In this document: positions 39,401 to 51,300 of the stretch, piece after piece | How the letters are laid out: each line of letters opens with the position of its first letter | How positions within the stretch are numbered: position 1 is the stretch's first letter | DNA from: Sphaerodactylus townsendi | Taxonomy: Eukaryota | Direction of reading: 5' to 3' | Assembly: GCF_021028975.2 (NCBI RefSeq) | Contig: NC_059429.1 | Coordinates: forward strand, 24,676,001 to 24,740,000 | DNA: 64,000 nucleotides | Program-made: the position numbers and the translations under genes | Notes under the pieces: model-generated | Told to the model about the DNA's origin: nothing | Seen by the model: the letters and a program-made list of their open reading frames with translations, nothing else | Databases searched by the model: none

Positions 39401-42014
39401 GGGTGATGGGAGCGAGGAGGGATGAGAGAATGAAACCAACCCCTTTCCTCAGCAGAACTGCAGGAACCCCAACATATATACTCATTCCTCCACAGGGATC
39501 CCACAGCCCTAGGAATGATTGTTTTCGTTGTTGAACAAGCTAAGAGGAATGCAGAGAATTCTGCATAGGGTGGTACGATATTGTTCTAGTTTTTAAAGGA
39601 CAGCTATACACTTGCAGTTTGCTTTCAGAATGACTGCTGCCAGCAGCAAATCCTGCCCCAAGTTATGAATGAAGTGACAAATGTTGGGAAGGTCATAGGA
39701 ACAGAATTCAGACAGTTCTGTAAGAGGCACCTTTTTTGTCAACTATACTCTAAGCGAGTATTTCAACTCCTACTTACATATATGGCCCTGGGAGTCCTCC
39801 AAGGGCATTGAAACACAAACAGGTGTCTTCTACTATAACTGGTCCCTGGACCTGTTAAGCAGAATACAGAGAAGAAAGTACCACAAGCATACTGATATTT
39901 AGAACTCCTAGACTCTCTAACAACCCCATAGGCTTTCTAACAATGCCTAGTAGGCTATGAAAGATGAGTTCAGAAAAAGCCACCTGCTTAGCTGCTTCTT
40001 GGCACTTCTGGACAGAAATATCATCAGGCTCCCCTTGATATTCAGGCACTGCAAAAGAAAAATAGCTGAGGTTGATACAGAACAGCAGCAGCCAGCCAAG
40101 AACAGACTATGAAGGCAGGCACTCACAATCTATTTTCTTTGCAACCAGTCTGCATGGAAAGGAGTCCCCTAGGATCTGAATGACCTGCAAGAGGAGAGAA
40201 AGAGGCAGCCAAGCTCCAGGACTGAGAAGGAAATCTGCTAAGAAGCAGAACAGATTTGGGTTTTACCCAGATGGATCTTCCCTGCTATGAACAGCAGCAC
40301 CCATCACCATCGACTGGGCCTGCCAATCTAGACAAAGCTGCAGCATACATTTTTGGCTCAAACATATCACAGGAAATTAGATGGCGCCACAATTTCAAAT
40401 ACAAGCCAGAACAAGAAAGTCAATGTATTATTACACACCAAAAGAGGCAAATATTTTGTGACCCTGGATAAGAAAACATGGGTCTGAATTCCACCTCTTC
40501 TCTCAGGCCGTTTCCGCACGGGCAGAAAATGACGGCCTGGAGACAGTAAAACACCATCTCTAGGCCGCCATTCGCATGAGGGGCGCAGCTGCAGCGCAGC
40601 CGCGCCGCCCTCGCGCCGCCAGCCGACCTGGGCAGTTTCCCCAGGCGCTTCCTAAGCGTCTTTTTTGAAGCGCCGCCCAGTGGCTTCCTTTGCTGAAGCG
40701 AAGCGGCGAAAGCGGCTTCACTTCCCCGGCACTCACCTTGTCCCTGGGCCTCCGGCGTCATTGAGCCTGGGGACCACGCCCCTACCCTCTTGCCGCTCGA
40801 ACGAAGCAGCGCGAGGCCAGAGGCGTGTTCTGAGCGCCGCCAGTATAAGACTTGGCTCGAGCGCCCGGTGCTCCAGCGGCGGCTGCCGCCTCTTCGGAAC
40901 TGTCCGTGCGGTCCCAGCATCTTCAGGTGGTAGCGGCATGCGACAGCAGATTCCGCCGCACGTCTGGAAAGCGGCCTCAGATTTGGGTACATCTGTGGTA
41001 TAGACTGTCAGTGACATTTTGTTTTCTGTTCCTGATTTATTGTTAACCCTTATGGTCAGTGGTGGGATTCAAATAATTTAACAACTGGTGGTTTACAAGC
41101 ACCATTTTAACAGCCGGTTCTGCCAAAGTGGTGCAAACCTGCTGAATCCCACCACTGCTTATGGTACCTGAGATTGCTCTTTCTTTCACAATACCTGAGC
41201 ACAATACCTGAGCAAAAAGAGCAAAAGTACAACAAAAAACAGAGAAGCTGGGGCTCTGTAAGAAATTAGTGATAGTGGTATTTAAGTTCTATATTTACTG
41301 ACAAAGTTCACTTTTTCAATCAACATAAGTAATGCTTGTCCCATCTGGGTTGATCTGATATTAGATGCTACAAAAGGGCAATTTAACATTTTACTTTATT
41401 TAGTTCGTTTATATATGGCCTTCCTCCCCAGCAGGGATCTAAGGCAACTTGCATCATTCTCCTCTCCTCCGTTTTATCCTCACAATGACCCTGTGAGGTA
41501 GGTTAAGCTGAGGGCATGTGACTGGCCCAAAATCAGGCAGCAAGCTTTCATGGCAAGAGTGGCAATGCGAATCTGAAGTGGATTCCATATTGCATATTTA
41601 TAACGCAATCGTTACAAATGAACTGGTTTTCTATTGGGAAACGATTGCAACTCGTTATAAATATGCTGTGCGGAACCACTGCAGATAACTACTTCAACTC
41701 TTAACCACTACATCACCACTTTACATTGCAATTATAAGTTCTGGTTCTAAATGAATATATATACAGCCCTACATTGCAATATAAGTTATTTTATAAAACA
41801 ATATGAACATAATTATAAATTTACAATTACAAATTTACAATTACAAATTGGTTCATAGATTAATGCAAATATCATTATTTGGTCCTGGCCGCATCCCTTC
41901 CACTTAAAGCGCTACGGAGCCCCAGAGGAGCCAATCCTACCACGATTTCCCCACCTCCTCCAGTTTCTTCGCATTGCCGGTGACAAACACCACGCTTCGC
42001 CCTGCAGCCGACAT
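33406..42014 (-). CDS. ITPA: Inosine triphosphate pyrophosphatase, complete, 199 aa. Exons: 42014-41955, 40184-40127, 40048-39984, 39851-39778, 38189-38158, 37745-37630, 34681-34605, 33523-33406
   Basis: Spliced translation: [199 protein letters not shown]. Exon lengths 60+58+65+74+32+116+77+118 = 600 nt, all GT-AG. HAM1-family motifs (TGNxxK, ED, GLPGPY, FGWD, SHR) are intact. The ORF track misses most of this gene. Confidence 0.97.
34274..34545 (-). mobile_element. Rex1/Babar LINE 3' fragment; ITPA intron 7
   Basis: The minus strand translates [34 protein letters not shown], a Rex1-type C-terminus. The 3' UTR ends with AATAAA. Confidence 0.7.
34884..36500 (+). mobile_element. CR1 LINE, 5'-truncated, with open RT-containing ORF2 remnant (34924-36303) and (TTCTTATG)n tail; lies in ITPA intron 6, antisense to ITPA
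   Basis: Motifs [51 protein letters not shown] and [13 protein letters not shown]. The 3' UTR ends in an octamer repeat typical of CR1. Confidence 0.95.
37888..38027. mobile_element. ~140-bp Harbinger-like MITE; relatives at 4142-4282 and 8188-8278
   Basis: TIRs ggccccttccgcac / gtgcggaatgagcc, flanked by tat..tat. Three homologous copies in the window. Confidence 0.7.
38490..38634. mobile_element. Palindromic hAT-type MITE
   Basis: Fold-back element with 8-bp TSD ccctatga. Confidence 0.85.
38962..39089. mobile_element. Palindromic hAT-type MITE
   Basis: Fold-back element with 8-bp TSD ctgtagag. Confidence 0.8.
40506..40976. mobile_element. GC/CpG-rich MITE, PIF/Harbinger-like; ITPA intron 1
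   Basis: TIRs ggccgtttcc / ggaaagcggcc. 3-bp TSD tca. A related copy lies at 57731-58082. Confidence 0.7.
41057..41157. mobile_element. Short hAT-type MITE
   Basis: TIRs cagtggtgggattca / tgaatcccaccactg. 8-bp TSD cttatggt. Confidence 0.85.
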
Positions 42015-42331
42015 TCTCCCTATCGCGGATCTGCGCAACCGTAGATGCTCAACCAATCACAAAACAGCAGGTTCTCCTCCCGACTTTTGTTGACCAATGA
42101 CAGCACAACTTTTTTTCTTTGTTCTCATTGGCCTACGAGGCTGCCACTCACGGACTAACTCGAGTCCATTGGGCGTAGCCTTTGAAAGGCGGGAGGTAAA
42201 GTTAGCCAACGACCTTCGAGGATGGAGGGCGAGTGGCAAATAGAGACGCGGGAAAGTTGGGAGGGAAGATAGTAGTTCCGGCATATTTCTCTCTGGCGGA
42301 AGCTGTGCGTCTGGTCCTGGCGGCAGTCGCT
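42015..42331. promoter_or_regulatory. Bidirectional CpG-island promoter shared by ITPA and METTL13
   Basis: Only 317 bp separate the divergent ATGs. CCAAT at 42053 and 42094, ATTGG at 42127 and 42168. TTTGAA at 42181, GGCGGGA at 42188, GCGGGAAA at 42248 and ETS-like CGGAAG at ~42297. Confidence 0.85.
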
Positions 42332-45300
42332 ATGGAAGAGCTGCGGTTGCTGCCGAGACGAGCGCAGGACTTCAGTTCGGCCGGCTATTGGGAGCGCTTC
42401 TTCCGCGAGCGAGGCGCGCACGCTTTCGAGTGGTATGGCGAGTGGGAGGAGCTTCGCGAGCCGTTGGGGAGGTACCTGCGCGTGCGGGATTCGGTGAGAC
42501 ACGTTACGTGGGACAGAGTGGCGCCGGCGGGTACAACGCGCGCTGTAGGAAACAGTGAAATCGTTGAGAAATAGACCTGGCTCTTGCTGGTTACTGTGTT
42601 TTGATCAAAAGTAAACCTCATGTTCATCGGGGTTATTCTCAAGTAAAGTGGTGGAGGACTTTAAATAAAGTCTTCTGGTTGTAGGGGTAAAAATTAATTA
42701 ATTAATAATAAATAAAATAAGTAATAATAAATTAAATAATCAGGAGTCTAGTGGAATCTGTGAAGGTTTATGGTAGACTACAGATTGTTATCTAAGTCAC
42801 CACATAGAAGAGTTTGGTTTTATATCCCTCCTTTCTCTCCTGCAGGAGACTCAAAGGGGCTTACAATTTCCTTGCCCTTTCCCCCTCACAACAAACACCC
42901 TGTGAGGCGGGCGGGGCTGAGAGAGCTCCGAGAAGCTGTGACTACCCCAAGGTTGCCCAGCTGGCGTGTGTGGGAGTGTACAGGCTAATCTGAATTCCCC
43001 AGATAAGCCTCCACAGCTCAGGCGGCAGAGCTGGGAATCAAACCTGGTTCCTCCAGATTAGATACACGAGCTCTTAACCTCCTACGCCACTGCCATTTCT
43101 GTTTGTTGAGGTTTTGTGTATTGTCCAGGGTGTTTACAGCCAGAATCAACTGGCTGTTGTGGGATTTCCAGTCAGTGTGGGCGTGGTCTGGTAGTTTTTG
43201 CTCTTAATGTGTTGCTTGCATCTGTGACTGAGATCTTTAGAGGTATATCATGGTGCTATGACATGCTTCTGAAGGTGCCAGCCGTAGAGGCAGGGGAATT
43301 GTTAGTAACGAAAACTACCAGGCCACGTCCACGCAGCCTGGAAAACACACAATAGCCAGTTTTGTTAATTCCTTTCTGTGTTTCTGCTTGCACTGCTGCG
43401 GTGGAAGGGACTGTAGTGCTTCTGGCTACAGAATGAGGTTCCCCCACTTGTTCATTAATTCTCTACTTTTCTCCACAATGTGGACCCAAAGCACAGCATT
43501 GTTCTACCCTACTTTTTATTTTCATAACAGTTCTGTGAGATTGGTTAGGATGAGTGAGAAAGAAGTGTGCGTGACTCAGGGTCATCCAGAGAAAGGGGAG
43601 CCAGCCACAAGTGGGACCTGGAATTACAGCTCATTGGCAGACTACAGAGGTTAGTTTCCCTGGAGAAAATGGTTGCTTTGGAGGGCGGACTTTATGACAT
43701 TGTATCCCACTGAGGTCCTGTCCTTCCTGGGCTCTATCCCCAATTCTCCAGGAGTTTCACAGCCTGGCTCTGGCAGTCCAACCCCTGCCAATTCCCTGCC
43801 AGTGGCCACTGGGGACCTGGCAACCCTACTGAGAGATTTTCCATGGCAGAGAGAGGATTTGCATCTGAGTCTCCCAGAAGGGCCCTTTTAGGCCCTTTAC
43901 ACCTGGGCCGCTTGTCAACTACTGGGACTCGCTGCTCCTCCCTCTAGGGGAGAGGACTTTGAAAACTGAGTTGCTGGATGCCACTTATATTTATACTTGC
44001 ATTTAATATACTTAGTTTTATTGATTTTATCACTACTTTTAAAGGTTTTTAGTTGTTTTATTATTGTATTGCGTTTATATGTTGTACACCGCCTGGAGCC
44101 CCCTGGGGACAGGGCGGTATAAAAGTGTAAGGTATAAATAAAAATAAATAAATAAGGCAGACTGACACTATAACCCAGGGATTCCCTACCTGCAGACGCA
44201 ATTGAAATTCCAAAACAGCGTGGTAGGTGCAGCAACAAAACGGCTTCCATAGGAGGTGCAGCCAGTCACAAATGTATTCCCACAGCTTAATTTTAGTAAC
44301 AAAGTGAGATGTTCATATTCTTTGGGAACTGCTTAACCATAAGAACCGTTTTAACACAGCGATATGAGTTTTCTTTGATACCATTGCTCATGCTCCAGTA
44401 TCTCTTTGACCAGGTGCTGTAATGCTTCCCTTGCACTGTTCATGTTAAACATCTTGCTTGCTTACAGTCCATATGATTCAGTATCCTTCCTTTCCCCCCA
44501 CTAGATCCTTGTTGTTGGGTGTGGCAACTCAGAACTGAGTGAGCAGCTCTACGACGAGGGGTACCAGAATATCACCAATGTAGACATTAGCGAAATGGTC
44601 ATCAAGCAGATGGGAGAACGCAGTGTCCACCTACGGCCCAAGATGAGCTACCTGGTCATGAATGTGCTGCAGATGGATTTCCCTGACGGGCGCTTCCAGG
44701 TAGTGCTAGACAAGGGCACTCTGGATGCCCTCCTGACTGATGGAGAAGGGCCCACAGTGGCCAGGGCAGAGCAAATGTTTGCTGAAATTGCTCGTGTCCT
44801 CCAGTTTGGTGGGCGTTATCTGTGTGTTTCTTTAGCCCAAGCACACGTATTGAAGGCAGCCTTGGAATATTTCTCCAAGGAAGGCTGGATGATTCGAATA
44901 CACCAAGCCTCTGAGAAGGAAGCTGCTGCTTCTGAGGGTGAATTTGCCCTGCCTGTGTTTGTCTACGTTATGACAAAGATGAAGCAAGTTCCCAACTCAG
45001 CTTCTCTCATCTTGGAACTGTGTGTGGAAAAACATGACAAGCCCATCCGGTTTTCAGCTTTGGAGCATCTGATTGAGGCAGTAAAAGAGAGGCAGCAGTA
45101 TGCCCTGCTTCGCAGCCAGCTCAACAAGAGTCCTAGCATGGGGAATGTCTCCCTGGATCTCTGCAACAAGGAGACTGGCCAAGTTCGCTACACCTTCCAC
45201 GTGGTGCACTGCCTGACTGTGAAAGTGTCTCGGGACAACCAGTTTGCTATCTTCATCAGTGAGTTTATTTTCTCCTTGTTGGCAGCTTGGCAGTACAGGT

Positions 45301-48300
45301 TGGGGAGCTCAGCCAGTAATTTCTGGGAGGAGGGGGGGAGGGATTTTTGGTGTTGAATAAATGGAAACAGAGTACTATGTAAAACAGCAATAGCAAATGA
45401 TAGGAGGGGCCCAGAGGTTACCATCAGACCATTATTTTTCTTTCAGTCTGCTGGAAAGTTTGTAGATACCGGCTTGCAAGTTGTTTGTTTGTTCCAAAAC
45501 TACAACTTCTTTCTTCCAGCAATAGTTCCGTGTACCATGCTTGAAAGAGGAATGAGTTTTGACAATAACTGAATGCATGCTCATGAAGCTGCCTTGTGTG
45601 TAGTCAGTTTGCAGTTGTCTACAGTGACTCTGCTGGATTTCTAATAAAGGTCTTTCCTGTCACCTACTACCTGACTGTGAGAGCCACACCGGTCATAGTC
45701 CGGTAATAATATTTGGGAGACCCAAATCTGAATCCCCATTCTGCCATGGAAGCTTTCTGGGTCACCTTGGGCCTGTCACTCTCTCTCAGCCTAACTTACC
45801 CAATAATTGTTGCAAGGATAAAACAGTGATGGTGAACCTTTTTGAGACCCGAGTGCCCAAATTGCAACCCAAAACCCACTTATTTATCTCAAAGTGCCAA
45901 CCCAGCAATTTAACCTGAATGCTGAGGTTTTAGTTTAGAAAAAACTGGTTGGCTCCCTCTTCCTCCGCCCCACCCGCTCGATAAGGGGCCAGCCTGCTCT
46001 TGCCTCCAGCAAGTCCCGCGCTCGCCGCTCTGGGCCTCTCTAGCATCTCTGCCTCCTCTGCGCCCCCCCCCCTCAAGCAGCAGCCACCCAGAGCACAGGC
46101 ACCAGGCCTGTCGTGCTCAGTGGCCCAGGTCAGCCTCTTAGGATGTGTGGCGGGAGGCATGGATTTCCTCGCCTCTCCCTTGAAATGATCTTAACTCTGT
46201 GTGCTGTGGTGCCCACAGGAGAGGACTCGGAGGAGTGCCACCTCTGGCACCCTTGCCATAGGTTCACCATCACTGGTGTAAGCCATTTGGGTGCCTGTTG
46301 GGGAAAAAGGCAGGATTCTGTGAAGTAAATAATAAAGGAACAATACTTTTAGATTGGAGGTGCTGGAGATTGAGTCTGGGTCTTTCTGCATGGAGAGCAG
46401 ATACTCTTATCATTGAACCAAAGGCCCTCCCCAAATAAAAACTTTATGCTGTGACTTTGCTTCCAAGCTTCAATTTTTCCTGTTTTCAAAACTGCCACGG
46501 AGCAGTGCTGTCCAAGCATTGTGGTTTGCCGTTACAGATTATTCCAAATGCTGTCCACGTACTGAACTTGCTGGACTGAGATCTGTAGCTGGGAAGTGAT
46601 GGGTCAGTGGCTCGTTCCTTCAAAGCCAGTGAAAGGTCTTGCTGCGACGCATGGGCAAGGGTTTCCGCCAAGTCTGTGACTAGCTGGCTTGACTCTCCTT
46701 TCTGCCCAGTTCCACAGGGCAGAGAAACGGAATGGCTTTTTGGGACTGAGGAAGGACGCAAGCAACTGGCTGCCAGTGCCGGGTTCAGACGCCTGGTCAC
46801 TGTAGCCTTGCACCGGGATCAGCACTATGAAGGTATGGAAACCATCCAGGCAGAGCTGTCAGAAAAGGTGATGGAGCTGGCCCCTCCGGGTCTCCAAGCC
46901 CAGCAAAAGGTAAGCTGCTTGTGAGCTGCTGTTGAGAAATCTGTATAGAAAACATAAGTTAAATCCATTGCTCTCTGCCTTGCAGAGAAAAGGGGTTTTT
47001 GTACTTAGCTGCTTCAGTCCTAAACGTTTATGCGCTATTCAAGACAAGCAACTTTCTATGATTTGTTTAAGGCATAAGCAGGTTTGCCCCCATGGCATAG
47101 CGTTTAAAAGTGGCAGATTCTGATCTGGAGGACTGGGTTTATTTCCTTACTCATCCACACGAGCAGCAGACTCTAACAGAAGAAGACCGAGAGTTTGGAT
47201 TTATACCCCACCTTTCTCTCCTGTAATGAGTCTCAAGGTAGCTTACAAACTCCTTTCTCTTCCTCTCCCCACAACAGACACCTTGTGAGGTAGGTGGGGC
47301 TGAGAGAACTGTAAGTAGCCCAAGATCACCCAGCAGGTGGCATGTGCAGGAGCGGGGAAACAAATCCAGTTCACTGCTCATGTGGAGAATTGGGGAATCA
47401 ACCTCCGTTCTCCAGATTAGAGTCCACCTGCTCTTAAGTATCACACCATGCTGGCTTGTTTCCCCACTCCTACACATGAAACCTAATGGGTGACCTTGGG
47501 CCAGTCACAGTTCTCTCAGAACTCTGTCAGCCCCACTTGCCTCACAAGGCGTCTGTTTTGGGGAAGGCAATTGTAAGCCATTTTGAGACTCCTTGAAGGT
47601 AGGGAAAAAATGGGGTATAAGAACAAATTCTACTTCTCTTTGCAACCAACTTGTTTTTTGCATCAGATTATGAACTGCTTGAAAAAATAATATTAATTGC
47701 AGATAATCCCCCCCACCCCCACCCCCCAAAAATCTGGAAGCTGGTATTACTTTTGCATTCATTCCCTTGGTCTGTGAGCTAACCTGTGAGTCTTCCCCAA
47801 GAAGGAATGAGAGTTTTTGCCTGGGGCTTGCTTGTGATGGAGGCACTGCATGTGCTTTTGCAAGATCAGGTAGATTTAAATGTGTGTTGCCTTCTGTTTG
47901 TAGAATGGCCTCATTGCTCAGATAGATGTTTTTGCACAGGTGAGGTCCCAGGCTCAATTCAAGGATCCCAGCTAGCGGGTATTAGAAATTCTTGAGACCC
48001 TGGAGAACAGCTTTGGATCATACGCAATAGTTTCCGTGCATGTAATCTTGCTATTTCAGTGTGTTTTGCTAGATCGGAAAAGGAGCTTTTTCAGTTGTGG
48101 TAACTCACCTTTGGGAAGCCTGCCTTAGGTTTTGGCTTATTTTTTTTTCCCATGCTTTTAACTGAGGGGTTCCATCATGTTTAGCTATGCTGTTTCTGGC
48201 CTGTGAACTGTTCTATGAATATCACTTTCAGCTGCTCAGTTTGTTTGTTGTGCCCTAGCTTAATGTTTGTTTTCTTGGTTTAGCATAACCCCCCCTCCAA

Positions 48301-51300
48301 ACAGGTCTCTGGAGAGGCAGCACATTTTCTAAATGAAGTTGTCTGAGGCAACTTCCTGCCCTTTTCTCCTCTTCCAGGTTCCATTTCTCTCTGTGGGCGG
48401 AGACATCGGGATCCGCAGTATTCAGCATCGTGGTACGAGCTCCCTCAGTGGAGAGTACATCATCGAGGATGTGAAAGGAGATGATGCCCGCTATTTCCGC
48501 CGCCTCATCTTCCTCAGCAATAGGAACGTGGTTCAGTCAGAAGCCCGACTTTCATCCCGGGCACTTTGCAAAGGTGAAAAGCGGGGTGTGAGTTTTGTCA
48601 GCCTCGTAGTGAGAGAGCCCACCTTCCCAAAGCAAGTGCAGGCTGCCGTTCTATCGTATGAGGATTTGTAGGCAGGGCTGAATGACACAGAGAGGGTAAA
48701 GTGTAGAAAGTGTAGAGTACCGCTTGAAAGTGTGACAAAAGCCCTGAATAAGGTGGTCTTAATAGAAATAGTAAACCTTGGCTTTAATTAAAACATAGGT
48801 AGGTTAAACTAATCTTGGTGGTTCTGGAGAGAACTTATGTATGAGCCGCCTCAGTGTACTTCTGGTCTGGTGGTCCAGAACAGGCATACTTCCAGCTTAT
48901 GAAGCAGGAGCCAGACTGCAAGATTGACTTTCCTGAAATGCTGCTGCCTACTTTTGCTGTCTGAGGTGCTAAAAGACCCCTATAAACTTAGACCAAGTGG
49001 GGGTTCTTTGACTGGCTTGTGTTTGCTGGTACAATGCACAGAAATACCTTCCTCAAGTTTTGAAGCTGGTATGCAGGCTAGTTGAGAATAACTCTGTTGG
49101 GGGCAAAAGCTTACTGAGAAGCTTTGTGGGCAGCAGGGCATTGCTGCTGCCTTGGTGCTAAGCCTGACCCTAAACTGGCCAGTGGAAGATGCCCCAAGAG
49201 ACATTCCTGCCCCACTGCTTCTACCTGAGTGATCTGCTTTTCCCTCTCAATTTTTCCAAACCTTGCATTGGTCAGGAAATAAAAAACCCAGAAAGAAGAA
49301 GGCGGCCACTTCCAGTGATCCCATGAAGCCTGCTGTGGTGCTTGCCAGCCTGTCCATCGACAAGAGCTATCTGTGTTGTGCTCATCATAGAGCCATGGTT
49401 GCAGGATTGTCCCTGCTGAAGAATCCTGAATGTCTCCCAGGTAAGCTGTGTTTCATCCTGGCACCTAAGTAGGACTATGTTTGCTTGGGCTTGTTCAAAA
49501 TTCAGACCTAGCTGGGGGAGAGGCTGGGGTGACGAAATGCACCCCCATGTGACCTAGGTTTGTGATGTCTGAGTCACGAGACCCCTCCCACTCCTCCAAG
49601 ATCAGTCCCTGATGCTGGTGCAGTGTCCAGCAGTGTCCACACACCAGCAGATCATGCCTTCACCAGGGCAAGTGCTCCGGGGAGGGCAAATCTGCCAGTG
49701 TGGCGGCTTGCTGCTCCCAGGAGCAGATTTGCCCCCCCCGCCCCCTTTGGATGAGGATCATAGGCACCAAGTGTGCCTCAAGGGGAAGGGCATTCCACAA
49801 TCAATGTGCCACTACTGAAAAAGCCCTGCCTCCAGTTGCCACCCACCTCACCTCTGAAGGCAGACACGCTGCTTTGTGATGCAGATCTTAACTAGTGGAT
49901 TGGACCATGTAGGGTATTGGGTAGAAGGCAGATTCATATGCGCTCCTTTTTCGGGAGTTCTGCTCAGAGTTCAGGAGTTGTGTGCATTCTGGCCCATGCA
50001 GGCTTGCATTTTCCAGGAGACACCTGATCTTTGTCAGCATCCAATGTAGCCTTAAGGCCTCATTGCCAGCCTGGGTTCAAATCCTAGGCTTGACTTTAAA
50101 TATTACTAATGTGATCTGATATAGAAAGTTCACATCGTGTTCAATTAATTAATTAATTAAATTTTTAGACCGTCCTCCCCCGAAGGACTCAGGGCGGTGT
50201 ACATCACATATATAAAAGCACAATAAAATCAGTATAAAACAATGAATTAAAATTAGTAACACAACAGATTAAAACAACAACTGATGGAGACTTTCCTCCC
50301 CCAACCTGCCCATGGGAGGCCTAGATGGTACGAGGGTCCGATGGCTATCCCGGCTGGCCAAAAGCCTGGCGGAACAGGTCCATTTTACAGGCCCTGCGGA
50401 AACTGTAGATCCCGCCAGGCCCTGGTCACTTTAAGGAGCCTGTTTCACCAGGTGGGGGCCAGGGCCGTAAAGGCTCTTTTTTGGGCCAGGGATTTCCAGC
50501 AGGTGCTCCTCCAAGGAGGGGCAAGCAGCCTTGCCCTGGGGCATACCTCTTTCCACGGGGATTTTTCTTAGGGTCTAAAAGAGGATAGATACTAGCCCTG
50601 GGAAATAAGAGGTAAGTTAATAGATTGCAATATAGAGCCCCATGACATAGAGTGGTAAGCTTCAGTACTGTAGTCAAAGCTGTGTTCACAACCTGAGTTT
50701 GATCCCAATGGAGGTTGGTTTCAGGTAGCCAGCTCAAGGTTGACTCATCCTTCCATCCTTCTGAGGTTGGTAAAAGGAGTAGCTATCTTGCTGGGGGTAA
50801 TGTGCAGATGGCTGGAGATGTCAATGGCAAACCACCCCATGAACAGTCTGCCTAATAAACGTTGTGATGTGATGTCATCCCACGGGTCAGTAATGCCCCG
50901 GTGTTTGCCCAGGGGGCTATCTTTACCTTTTTAATTGATTGCAGCCCAGGTCACAGGATTCTTTCCTGCCCCCTTTGAAAGGAGTGTTTTTATGTGTAGT
51001 TGTGTTCACAATGAAGCAATGGCCAGTGGGCAAAGGGAACTTCCACTCTGTTGGTTCTCTTGCAGTAGCTCTCTAAAAGTCATTCCAGCAGCTAGTTCTC
51101 TTGGGGCTTTTATGCCGGTATAGCAAATCCCTGCGGGTGCTTGCGTTGCGCTAACTGTTCCTGCTGATTCCAGACTGCTCTGTGTGCTGATTGCAGAGGT
51201 CCCAATCCGTGTGCTGGTGATTGGCCTGGGTGGCGGCAGCTTGCCCCTCTTCATCCACGACTACTTCTCGCAGTGCACTGTCGATGTGGTGGAGATTGAC

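Noticed and set aside
40420-41046. Several GC-rich ORFs up to 190 aa, resembling a CpG island
   Set aside because: They lie within a TIR/TSD-bounded MITE in ITPA intron 1; low stop frequency follows from GC content.
42233-42331. Upstream in-frame extension of METTL13
   Set aside because: GTG start; homology begins at the ATG at 42332.
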